From the IMG/VR virus record IMGVR_UViG_3300017788_000066, positions 1-40,772 of that record: a stretch of DNA of 40,772 nt, one strand, 5' to 3'. Numbering within the stretch: position 1 is the first letter of the stretch; each line of letters opens with the position of its first letter. Below the pieces are notes generated by a model, which worked only from the letters and a program-made list of their open reading frames with translations, did not search any database and was not told the DNA's origin. A program made the position numbers and the translations under genes. Positions 7,694 to 15,776 of the stretch are shown piece by piece. The stretch is from a virus (lineage: Duplodnaviria > Caudoviricetes).

Positions 7694-8991
7694 GCAGGAA
7701 GTACGATCCCAATAAGAACGTGTACGAAGCCGCGCAGGAGCGGATCAAGTTCCTGTTCGATAACTTTGAACGCATCTACGTTTCGTTCAGCGGTGGCAAG
7801 GATTCCGGCGTCATGCTAAATCTGATTGTCGATTACATGCGAGCCAACGGGATCAAAGACAAGATTGGCTTGATGGTTCTCGACAATGAGGCGAACTACG
7901 AGCACTCGCTTGATTTCATGCACTCAATCATTGGAAAGAATCTCGACTTGCTCGACGTGTACTGGTGCTGTCTGCCGATCACGCTGCCTTGCACAGTGTC
8001 GAGCTATGCCGTCGAGTGGCAGTGCTGGGGAGAGCGGGATAAAGAGCGGTGGATTCGCCCCATGCCACCGCAGACCTACATCGTCAACATGCAGAACTGT
8101 CCGTTCGACTTCTTTCGAGAGGATATGGCCTACGATGAGTTTTGGGACAAGTTCGGTGACTGGTATGCACAAGGCAAGCGCACCGCCTGCCTAATCGGCA
8201 TCCGCACAGTCGAGAGCCTGAATCGATATCGGGCGATTATGAACCGTCGCAAGGAAACGCTCGACGGGCGCATTTGGACAAAGCGCAACACGGAGTTCGT
8301 TTACAACTGCTACCCGATCTACGATTGGCGAACGGAAGATATTTGGACCGCCAATGCCAAGTTTGAGTGGGAGTACAACGGGCTGTATGACATTTTCTAT
8401 AAGGCTGGCGTTCCCGTTCACAAGATGCGTGTCGCTTCGCCGTTTATGAGCGAATCGAAATCTTCGCTCGGGCTGTATCGTGTGATTGACCCGCATACTT
8501 GGGCGAAGCTCTGTGCCCGCGTGCAAGGCGCTAACTTCGTGGCGACCTACGGAAAGCAGCTCGGCTATCGGAGTTTCAGCTTGCCGGATGGGCACACCTG
8601 GAAATCGTTCGTTAAGTTCCTGTTGGCGACACTGCCTCAAGAGGTGTCCGCAAATTTTAAGATGCGCTTCGCCCAGTCATTTAAGGTCTGGCGGCGGGTG
8701 GGGCGCGGACTTCCGCCAGAGGTCATTGATGACTTGCGAGAGCACGGCATTAAGTTCCGTCTCAACGGCAAGACGCGGCATGGCCGGCAGACGCTAGACC
8801 GGGTGTGCATTTGGCCATTTCCAGATCATCTTGACATGCTGCGAATTCATGCCAGCCAGGTCGCATCCTGGAAGCGGTTTGCGGTCACGATCCTAAAGAA
8901 CGACCACGTTTGCAAATTTATGGGACTTGCGCCTACTAAGGAACAGGCCCAGCGACAACGCGAGATCATGGAGAAATACAAGAAGCTATGA
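7690..8991 (+). CDS. IbrA/YbdN-like PAPS-reductase-family (PP-loop) protein with DUF3440 C-terminus
   Basis: NVYEAAQERIKFLF...SFSGGKDSGV...IGIRTVESLNRY...YPIYDWRTEDIW...SWKRFAVTILKNDHVC; true start GTG 7690 rather than 7327. Confidence 0.9.
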   Translation: MSRKYDPNKNVYEAAQERIKFLFDNFERIYVSFSGGKDSGVMLNLIVDYMRANGIKDKIGLMVLDNEANYEHSLDFMHSIIGKNLDLLDVYWCCLPITLPCTVSSYAVEWQCWGERDKERWIRPMPPQTYIVNMQNCPFDFFREDMAYDEFWDKFGDWYAQGKRTACLIGIRTVESLNRYRAIMNRRKETLDGRIWTKRNTEFVYNCYPIYDWRTEDIWTANAKFEWEYNGLYDIFYKAGVPVHKMRVASPFMSESKSSLGLYRVIDPHTWAKLCARVQGANFVATYGKQLGYRSFSLPDGHTWKSFVKFLLATLPQEVSANFKMRFAQSFKVWRRVGRGLPPEVIDDLREHGIKFRLNGKTRHGRQTLDRVCIWPFPDHLDMLRIHASQVASWKRFAVTILKNDHVCKFMGLAPTKEQAQRQREIMEKYKKL

Positions 8992-9389
8992 AAATCATTC
9001 ACATCTCAAACCTTGTAGATACGGAGCGGGAGGTTAAGTGCCCGCATGGTGGGTTCGTCAGCCTGCGGGCGTTGCTGGCGAAAGATGGCATGGGGTTCTC
9101 GCTCCATAAAACGATTGTGCCAGTAGGGCCGCCGCAACACTGGCATTACAGACACCACCTTGAAGCCTGCTACTGCATTCAGGGACGCGGCGTGCTAACT
9201 AACTACCGCACTGGTGAAGCGTTTACGATCGAACCTGATTCGGTCTACGTGCTAGACAAGCACGACGAGCATTCATTCCAGGCACTTGAAGAAGTCGTGT
9301 TGATCTCGGTGTTTAATCCGCCAGTGACCGGAACCGAGGTTCACGGCGAAGATGGCTCATATGCATTGGAGGGCAGCGGCAATGTCTGA
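8988..9389 (+). CDS. ectC: Ectoine synthase-like cupin (orphan EctC)
   Basis: TEREV...LLAKDGMGFSLHKT...HYRHHLEACYCIQGRG...YVLDKHDEH...VFNPPVTGTEVHGEDGSY aligns along the full length with EctC; Glu/Tyr/His iron ligands retained. Confidence 0.85.
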   Translation: MKIIHISNLVDTEREVKCPHGGFVSLRALLAKDGMGFSLHKTIVPVGPPQHWHYRHHLEACYCIQGRGVLTNYRTGEAFTIEPDSVYVLDKHDEHSFQALEEVVLISVFNPPVTGTEVHGEDGSYALEGSGNV

Positions 9390-9942
9390 GTGGAAAAGCC
9401 CAGTCTACAACGTGCTCGCCGTGCCAATCGAAAAGGTCAAGGCGAACGATTACAACCCGAACGCCGTTGCACCGCCCGAGATGGCGCTACTAGAAACGTC
9501 GATCTGGGAGGACGGCTACACGCAGCCGGTCGTGACCTACTACGACCCGGTTAATGACCTGTACATCGTGGTTGATGGGTTCCACCGCTATTTGACGCTG
9601 AAGAACAGCAAGCGAATTTATGACCGCGAAAAGGGAATGCTTCCCGTCGTGGTCATCAATAAGGAGCTTGGCGACCGGATGGCCTCGACGATCCGCCACA
9701 ATCGCGCTCGTGGATCACACAACATCGAGTTGATGAGCAACATCGTGGCCGAGCTGGTCGAGATGGGCAAGTCGGATCGCTGGATTTGCAAGCACATCGG
9801 CATGAGTGTTGACGAGTTGCTGCGGCTGAAACAGATCACGGGCGTTGCGGCCTTGTTCGCCAATCGTGACTTCTCTGACTCGTGGGAATCCGAAGGAGAA
9901 TACTTCGACGATGAGCAAGCCGATATGGCACCCGTGGTTTAA
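9382..9942 (+). CDS. IbrB/YbdM-like ParB/Srx-domain protein
   Basis: SPVYNVLAVPIEKVKANDYNPNAVAPPEMALLETSIWEDGYTQPVV...VVDGFHRY...RMASTIRHNRARGSH. Confidence 0.92.
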   Translation: MSEWKSPVYNVLAVPIEKVKANDYNPNAVAPPEMALLETSIWEDGYTQPVVTYYDPVNDLYIVVDGFHRYLTLKNSKRIYDREKGMLPVVVINKELGDRMASTIRHNRARGSHNIELMSNIVAELVEMGKSDRWICKHIGMSVDELLRLKQITGVAALFANRDFSDSWESEGEYFDDEQADMAPVV

Positions 9943-10327
9943 GTGGGAGTGCTATCACGCTGGCATGTTTGACGGAAAGACAAACATGAATCCAGATGAA
10001 TGTAAGCGTGCGTACGCAGAGTTCCTGCAAGACATTCCGCGATTCCACGCTGCGTTAGAGAGAGTCTTGAGTGAGTGGCCTATTTCATGCGAGCACTTTC
10101 TTTCCAATAGGAACTTTAACCGCATTGCGTGGCTAGGGCAGGCGGCAATGTGTATTGAGACCGGTGTGCCTTGCATACATCGCGCAGGTTTCAAGTTGAT
10201 GACCGAAAAGGAATGCCACGCCGCGAATATGAAAGCAAAAGAATTTCTTGACCTATGGAGGAGGTCGCATGCACAAGAAGATAACGGAGTATGTGGAGAA
10301 GTGGATGGGGCGTGGCTATTCGGATGA
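9911..10327 (+). CDS. Conserved hypothetical protein associated with IbrAB clusters
   Basis: IWHPWFKWECYHAGMF...EWPISCEHFLSN...NRIAWLGQAAMC motif; overlaps both neighbours. Confidence 0.7.
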   Translation: MSKPIWHPWFKWECYHAGMFDGKTNMNPDECKRAYAEFLQDIPRFHAALERVLSEWPISCEHFLSNRNFNRIAWLGQAAMCIETGVPCIHRAGFKLMTEKECHAANMKAKEFLDLWRRSHAQEDNGVCGEVDGAWLFG

Positions 10328-10577
10328 CATTCCAGACGAAGTTCCGACTGCATTAACGCAAATGGGCCTTGCACCGTCTTGGAAGGCAATTGCCATTGCC
10401 ATTCTTAAAAACGACCACTCGATGAAGTCGCTTGGGTTCGAGGCTGGCTATTCGCCTTGGTATTCAGAGCTGAAGCGTATTGAGCTTGCAGCTAGACCTG
10501 GCGGAAAGAAGTACCAGCGGCAATTAATGTTGTTTTCAGGTGAACAGCATGAGCCAGTCATACGATCATTGGCGTGA
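10269..10577 (+). CDS. Stand-alone DUF3440 C-terminal-like protein
   Basis: KITEYVEKWMGRGYSDDIPDE...APSWKAIAIAILKNDHSMKSLGF resembles the C-terminus of IbrA/YbdN; GGAGG RBS. Confidence 0.7.
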   Translation: MHKKITEYVEKWMGRGYSDDIPDEVPTALTQMGLAPSWKAIAIAILKNDHSMKSLGFEAGYSPWYSELKRIELAARPGGKKYQRQLMLFSGEQHEPVIRSLA

Positions 10578-10758
10578 TAGGGCGATGGATGCGACGTACA
10601 CGCCACTCCCCAAAAGCCGCCTTGCCGAAATGCACGCGGCTACCTGCAAGTATGGGAGTGGCAACTGTTGGACGGGAACGGGCGGCGACTTATGCACGAT
10701 GATTCGCGAGTTGCTTCGAGAAGTCGAACACCTGAGGCATCGGCGAAGCGACTTCTAG
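10549..10758 (+). CDS. Hypothetical protein
   Basis: ORF in operon, overlaps previous gene. Confidence 0.5.
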   Translation: MSQSYDHWRDRAMDATYTPLPKSRLAEMHAATCKYGSGNCWTGTGGDLCTMIRELLREVEHLRHRRSDF

Positions 10759-10791
10759 TTCCCCGGTGGAGGCTCGCGTAGAGAGGCACGG

Positions 10792-11631
10792 ATGGCACGC
10801 TATCGAAAGATCGACACACGGATTTGGAACGACGCGAAGTTCACCGCCATGAGCGACAGCGGCAAGCTGGTGTTCCTGTTCCTGCTGACGCACCCGCACA
10901 TGACCAGCCTCGGTGCCATGCGGGCGACGCTGCCCGGGCTTGCCAGCGAACTTGGCTGGCAGCCGAAAGCCTTTGCGGAAGCCTTTCGAGAGGCTTTGCG
11001 GAAGGGTCTCGTCGAGCACGATTCTGATGCTTGTTTTGTGGGGCTTCCGAAGTTCCTGAAGTACAACGGCCCAGAGTCTCCGAACGTGGTGAAGTCGTGG
11101 GCGGACGCACTGGACTTGATACCTGAGTGCGGACTTAAAGCCTTACTCGCTGAAAGGGTTAAAGGCTTTGTGGAAGGCTTATCGAAAGGCTTTGCGGAAG
11201 CCTTACCGGAAGCCTTTCGAAAGACTATGCCTAATCAGGAGCAGGAGCAGGAGCAGGAACCGGAGCAAGAGCAGGATACCCCCAAAGCCCCCAAGGGGGC
11301 GTGTGTGTATCCTTCCGGGTTTGAAGCATTCTGGGCACTCTACCCAAAGAAGCTCGGCAAGGATAAAGCCCTCAAGGCGTGGGTATCTGCTGGCAAGCGA
11401 GTCAAGGCAGATCGCGGTCTCGACACGCTAGGCGCGATGGACGTGCTGAACGAAGCCGCTGCGGAGTTCGCAAAAAGCGAAATGGGGCGTGGCGACTATT
11501 GCCCGCACCCGGCGACCTGGCTCAACGGTGGGCGATGGAACGACGATCGTGCCGAGTGGAACCGCGTTCGAGACGCCAGCGGCAAGCCATCTAAGCCAGA
11601 ACTGTTCCGCTTCGACGAGGTATCGCCATGA
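10792..11631 (+). CDS. Phage replication initiator (replisome organizer-type)
   Basis: MARYRKIDTRIWND.KF...KLVFLFLLT N-terminus; QEQEQE linker; FEAFWALYPKK...KAW...PHPATWLNGGRWND C-terminal domain. Confidence 0.85.
   Translation: MARYRKIDTRIWNDAKFTAMSDSGKLVFLFLLTHPHMTSLGAMRATLPGLASELGWQPKAFAEAFREALRKGLVEHDSDACFVGLPKFLKYNGPESPNVVKSWADALDLIPECGLKALLAERVKGFVEGLSKGFAEALPEAFRKTMPNQEQEQEQEPEQEQDTPKAPKGACVYPSGFEAFWALYPKKLGKDKALKAWVSAGKRVKADRGLDTLGAMDVLNEAAAEFAKSEMGRGDYCPHPATWLNGGRWNDDRAEWNRVRDASGKPSKPELFRFDEVSP
10963..11232. repeat. Iteron-like 12-bp-period repeats inside the initiator gene (putative origin)
   Basis: Units such as GCGGAAGCCTTT, CCGGAAGCCTTT, TCGAAAGGCTTT in two clusters (10963-11010, 11158-11232). 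Confidence 0.55.
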
Positions 11632-12152
11632 CAAGCCAAGAGTTCCAAAAGTGGTTTGACCACTTCGCAGCCGCGTTCCCAGCGGTTCAGGATTTTGTTC
11701 GCAAGAGCGATCCGACCGGCAAGGCGACGCTGACGCTGTGGTTCGAGGTGCTTGCCAAGCGGAGCATCACGGATGCCTTGGAGGTAACGAACCGGCTGTT
11801 TCTGGGCACGATGGCGGGCATCCCCGGCTCCGAGCGTGGCTTCCCGGATTGGAGTCAGACGCCACGGCACGTCTCGAGCTTGTGTGCTCAGTTGCACCCG
11901 GTTGAGCCTGAGTGGAAGCAGCACACGGTGCGTTCGAACGGGCCCGGCATCATCAAGGGCGACCCGAGCATGGCGGAAGCGTACAAGCGATGCTTGGAGA
12001 TTCTGGAGGACTACCCGCCACGCAGTGCGGAGGGCAAGGCGGCAGTGAGTGCGTTCCTGGATGACTTCTACGGTCACAAGCAGAGCCCGGCAGCATCGCG
12101 TGACAAGGGCAACTACGAACCGGCGTTTGACGCCTTCAACAACGGAGTCTAG
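11628..12152 (+). CDS. Hypothetical protein, possible helicase loader/inhibitor
   Basis: ATGA coupling directly after the initiator; MT.QEF..WF..F.AAFP N-terminus typical of this position. Confidence 0.5.
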   Translation: MTSQEFQKWFDHFAAAFPAVQDFVRKSDPTGKATLTLWFEVLAKRSITDALEVTNRLFLGTMAGIPGSERGFPDWSQTPRHVSSLCAQLHPVEPEWKQHTVRSNGPGIIKGDPSMAEAYKRCLEILEDYPPRSAEGKAAVSAFLDDFYGHKQSPAASRDKGNYEPAFDAFNNGV

Positions 12153-12154
12153 CC

Positions 12155-12457
12155 ATGGCGGACGGAATGGAAATTCGGATTAGTTACGGAAAACGGGACG
12201 CATGTGATTCGATTGCCTTCAACGTTGACGATGCCGAACCATGCGACGACATCGGACTGATGCTTGCCGGAGCACTTGGATATTGCACGCAAGAGCCAAT
12301 TTTTGTTTTGGCTCATGCGTTGGATTTTGCCGGCCGGCCGCGTGACAGCGAAGAACATCCAGCTATAGCTTCGCTACTGGACGCCGCGGCGGCGTTTTGT
12401 GATTCGTATCGTAAAACAATGAATGCCTACAAAGTCGACGCCTTCAACGAAAGCTAG
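12155..12457 (+). CDS. Hypothetical protein
   Basis: GGAG RBS, tight packing. Confidence 0.6.
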   Translation: MADGMEIRISYGKRDACDSIAFNVDDAEPCDDIGLMLAGALGYCTQEPIFVLAHALDFAGRPRDSEEHPAIASLLDAAAAFCDSYRKTMNAYKVDAFNES

Positions 12458-12467
12458 GAGCGGGGGA

Positions 12468-12842
12468 ATGAACGGAGTCCGATTCAAGACGAAAGCGCAC
12501 AACCGATACGGCAAGCGACATACGCCGGGCGAGATGACACGCGCTGAATTGCGGTACGCCGACGAATTGGAGCAGCGGCGAGAGACTGGCACGATCACCG
12601 CATGGGGCTTCGAGAAGTTTAAGTTTCGATTGGCCGACGGATGCTTTTACACGCCCGACTTCCACGTTGTCCACAACGACGGTTCGATGGAGTTTGTGGA
12701 CGTGAAAGGCACGGGGCCGGTGGACGACAAGAGCATCGTCAAGGCGAAGGTGGCGGCGGAAGAATTCTGGATGTTCCAGTTCGTGATGGAGCAGCAGCAG
12801 ACGCGGAAGCAAGGCGGTGGCTGGAAGCGTCGGGAGTTCTGA
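12468..12842 (+). CDS. DUF1064-like PD-(D/E)XK endonuclease (possible resolvase)
   Basis: E.RYADEL...FRLADGCFYTPDF...EFVDVKG. Confidence 0.8.
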   Translation: MNGVRFKTKAHNRYGKRHTPGEMTRAELRYADELEQRRETGTITAWGFEKFKFRLADGCFYTPDFHVVHNDGSMEFVDVKGTGPVDDKSIVKAKVAAEEFWMFQFVMEQQQTRKQGGGWKRREF

Positions 12843-12915
12843 CACACCCCCACAGGCAATAAAAGCGGCGAGAGAGTTCCTTTACCAGAGACAAACGATA
12901 AGGGGAGGTACCGCG

Positions 12916-13596
12916 ATGGCGAGCGAAGCGAAGGAGAAGCACTTGGCGGAAGTGTTCCACGACATCAAGCAATCGATACTCGATCTAGCTAATCGCGTTC
13001 ACGACGAAAACATTCAAGCGGCGTTTCGCCTCTCTGCCGCCGAGAAGCGTGCCTACGAGACCGAGATGCAGAACAAGCAGATTCGCGAATCGCTGGCAGC
13101 GGCACGGGAGAAGTGCAAGGCACTGGAAGAATCGCGCGCCGAGTTCGAGACCCGCTTCAACAACATCGAGACGAACACCTCGGTCAAGCTCGGTGAGTTC
13201 GCCAAGTTGTTCGGCATCATCGAAGGCGAGGCAGACCGGCTGGGCATTGTGTGGCACGGCGCGGCGAGCACGATGCTCAAGGCCATCTTGACGACGTTGA
13301 CGCAGGACAATGCCAGCCTGAGAGCGGAACTTGAGGAAGCGCAGGCGTGTGCGGTGAAGCCTGGGGATGTGCTTTTCCGGCCGACAGGCGAAACGCGGGT
13401 TCCGCAACACGGCGACTGCGTTGACGATGAGGAGGGCGGATTCCTCGTCATCAACGGAAATAACTGCGAAGAACCCAATGCCATCTACCGCCGCATCGAG
13501 TACCCAGCAGCCGCTTCGGTATCTCAAGAGCAGGCGAGTGCTACTGGCAGTCCAACTATTCTATCAGGCAAGGCGCGAGGCGTGCGCGCACGATGA
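12916..13596 (+). CDS. Coiled-coil hypothetical protein
   Basis: GGAGG RBS; E/A/K/L-rich heptads. Confidence 0.65.
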   Translation: MASEAKEKHLAEVFHDIKQSILDLANRVHDENIQAAFRLSAAEKRAYETEMQNKQIRESLAAAREKCKALEESRAEFETRFNNIETNTSVKLGEFAKLFGIIEGEADRLGIVWHGAASTMLKAILTTLTQDNASLRAELEEAQACAVKPGDVLFRPTGETRVPQHGDCVDDEEGGFLVINGNNCEEPNAIYRRIEYPAAASVSQEQASATGSPTILSGKARGVRAR

Positions 13597-13681
13597 CAAC
13601 CGCTCATCGTATGGCGATCCAGCCGACGCCGTTCTCGCCCTCGCCTCTCAGCTCGCCGCAGAACAAGGGGGGAAGTAGGGC

Positions 13682-13891
13682 ATGGACCGTTTGAAACAAG
13701 TAGCGATCATCGCAGTCGGGATGAGCATCGCAATGTGCCTGCTGTTTGCCGGACTTGCCGTCTGGGGCTATGGCATCGTGTGGTCGTCCAAGAACAATCC
13801 GTGGATGACTATCCCGGTCATCGTCGTGCCGATTGCGATTCTGTTCGCGCTGATTGTCACCTCCGAAGAAGACCCGAACGATCTGTGGTAG
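13682..13891 (+). CDS. Small two-TM membrane protein
   Basis: Two long hydrophobic segments. Confidence 0.65.
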   Translation: MDRLKQVAIIAVGMSIAMCLLFAGLAVWGYGIVWSSKNNPWMTIPVIVVPIAILFALIVTSEEDPNDLW

Positions 13892-13940
13892 AGAACCCCC
13901 CGCCCTGCTGACCAGCAGGAAGAAAGGAGTGAGAAGGACG

Positions 13941-14243
13941 ATGGCAAAGACAAAACAGAATCCGAAGCTGACTAAGGTGAAGGACACTTCCCGCGACGGT
14001 GAAGTCAAGACGAGCAACAAGCTATTCGTTGCCCTGAAAGAATACGGGATGCTGGACGCGAGAGGCCGCAAGGTGTTCTCAATTGGCCTGCGTGGACGAT
14101 TCGAGGCACAGCCAGACCGCCCATTACAGCTTGTGCTTGGGTTGCTTGGAGAAATCGCGGTTGCGTTTCGTTACTCATCAGAGGAAGCAGAGAAGGCCGA
14201 CCTTGACCACTTCAAATGGACCGTCGCTCAACTCGGCGAATAA
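13941..14243 (+). CDS. Hypothetical protein
   Basis: AAGGAG upstream of ATG 13941. Confidence 0.65.
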   Translation: MAKTKQNPKLTKVKDTSRDGEVKTSNKLFVALKEYGMLDARGRKVFSIGLRGRFEAQPDRPLQLVLGLLGEIAVAFRYSSEEAEKADLDHFKWTVAQLGE

Positions 14244-14404
14244 GCCTCAACAGCCCAAACCGGAGACCCCCAATGACCCGCCAGTACCTCACCATCCTGA
14301 AAGGACACGAACGATGAGCTACAGTAACCCCGAAAGGAAAGTGATGAAACGATTGCTCACCATCCTGATCCTGCTGACAAGCAGGAAGAAAGGAGCGAGA
14401 ACGC

Positions 14405-14518
14405 ATGTTGCTAGCCTCTGAAATATCGGAACTTGGAAGCATCTCGTGGCCCGGCGCACTAGTGCTGTGTGTCGTCTGCATTTGCGTTGCGTACACTCTG
14501 TCAAAACTTGCTGGATAG
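14405..14518 (+). CDS. Small single-TM protein (37 aa)
   Basis: AAGGAG RBS; MLLASEISELGSISWPGALVLCVVCICVAYTLSKLAG. Confidence 0.55.
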   Translation: MLLASEISELGSISWPGALVLCVVCICVAYTLSKLAG

Positions 14519-14528
14519 GACACTCGCC

Positions 14529-15611
14529 ATGACCCGCCAGTTACTCACCATCCTTCTCCTGCTGACCAGCAGCGCCTGCCAAGCGCAGTCGATCACGCTC
14601 ACCCGAGACGGCAAGCCCGTCAAGCCGACGTTCTCGCTTTCTGCCGATCCTGTCGAAGCCTCCGACCAGTTCCGCGTCATCATCGCCGGGCTACTCCCCG
14701 AGATTAAGCAGACCGACACGCTGGTTTGTTCGGGCACGATCGACTTCGGGCGCTACTACGTCATCAACTTGCCATCGTGCAACTACGCGAGCGACCCGAA
14801 GAATCCAGCGAAGTGGCTGGCCCACCACATGATCGACGCCACCACGGTAGACGGCGTGCAAACCAAGCCCAGCAGCACGCCGGGCATCATGCTCGGCAAG
14901 TATGCCAAGTTCGATGGATTCAGCTTCGGCGGCGACTGCTGGAACCGTTCTGAGGACGGTGGCTTATTGGGCTTCAGCTTGCCGGAAGAATCCTATGCCG
15001 AGTTCGTGAACTGCGATATCGACGCCAGCCAGGGGCACGACTGGGCGATTTATGCGTGGTCGAACCACAAACGCACAGTGGTCATCAAAGGGGGCTCCCT
15101 TCGCTTCTGTCGCTTCGGAGTCGCCTTAGCTGCCTCGGGAGCCGCCGCACAGCAAACGGTGATTCTCGACGGCGTGAAGCTGATTGGCGACGCCAACGGC
15201 TCGACCAGCTACGGCGAGTCATCCGGTGGCGACGTGAACAGTGGCGGAGTTCTGACTGCGGTTCTCAATCGCTCGGGCTTGACCGCGATCCGCGATTGCA
15301 CGGTTGAGGCCATCGGGCTCACGAAGCCCTATAACAGCAAGTGGGGTTGCCCACGCATCGCGGCGTTAGCGACCAACCAGTATTACTCAAGCTCGGGTGC
15401 GACCAGCTTCATCATCGAACGCTGCAAGGTGAACATCACGCCGGGCATCTCGCAGGCGTGGTACGACGTGGACGTGCGGAGCAACGGTAAGCTCTCGGTG
15501 CAGTACAACGACCAAGCGATTAAAGCCGCGCAAGTTGCCGGCGATAAGCTCTTGGTAGAAGCTCGTGGCGGCAGTGGCGAAGGCGGGGAACTGAAGGTGT
15601 GGAAACCGTAA
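14529..15611 (+). CDS. Secreted protein, probable right-handed beta-helix
   Basis: Signal peptide MTRQLLTILLLLTSSACQA; repeats of the type EFVNCDID / VIKGGSL / ILDGVKL / IRDCTVE / IERCKVN. Confidence 0.6.
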   Translation: MTRQLLTILLLLTSSACQAQSITLTRDGKPVKPTFSLSADPVEASDQFRVIIAGLLPEIKQTDTLVCSGTIDFGRYYVINLPSCNYASDPKNPAKWLAHHMIDATTVDGVQTKPSSTPGIMLGKYAKFDGFSFGGDCWNRSEDGGLLGFSLPEESYAEFVNCDIDASQGHDWAIYAWSNHKRTVVIKGGSLRFCRFGVALAASGAAAQQTVILDGVKLIGDANGSTSYGESSGGDVNSGGVLTAVLNRSGLTAIRDCTVEAIGLTKPYNSKWGCPRIAALATNQYYSSSGATSFIIERCKVNITPGISQAWYDVDVRSNGKLSVQYNDQAIKAAQVAGDKLLVEARGGSGEGGELKVWKP

Positions 15612-15628
15612 CACGAAAGGGAGTTCCG

Positions 15629-15769
15629 ATGGTATCCGCGAACCGAATCGACTGGGAGTCGAAGCGCCGGGTGATTGTTCTGTACGAGCCTCCGCCGCCT
15701 GTTGCGTGGCAGTGGCGGGTACTCTGGTTGCTTGCGGCGTTTGTCGCTGGGCTTATGCTAGGGAGGTAA
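15629..15769 (+). CDS. Small membrane protein (46 aa)
   Basis: GGGAG RBS; C-terminal TM WRVLWLLAAFVAGLMLGR. Confidence 0.55.
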   Translation: MVSANRIDWESKRRVIVLYEPPPPVAWQWRVLWLLAAFVAGLMLGR

Positions 15770-15776
15770 TTCACGG

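Larger units (their letters stand above)
13904..14573. repeat. Dispersed mosaic repeats of a gene-start region
   Basis: CCTGCTGAC(C/A)AGCAG at 13904, 14370, 14558; GAAGAAAGGAG(T/C)GAGAA follows the first two; ATGACCCGCCAGT at 14273 and 14529; CTCACCATCCT at 14288, 14356, 14544. Confidence 0.85.

Noticed and set aside
7690-8991. cysH sulfate-assimilation auxiliary metabolic gene
   Set aside because: Lacks the C-terminal ECGLH motif, has the DUF3440 tail and pairs with IbrB, so it belongs to the IbrA/YbdN family
11236-11277. CAGGAG repeats as a CsrB-like sRNA
   Set aside because: Encodes the QEQEQE linker common in phage initiators; no hairpins presenting the GGA motifs
13367-13678. Possible frameshifted continuation of the 12916 gene
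   Set aside because: No slippery site or homology evidence; could be a gene remnant but cannot be supported
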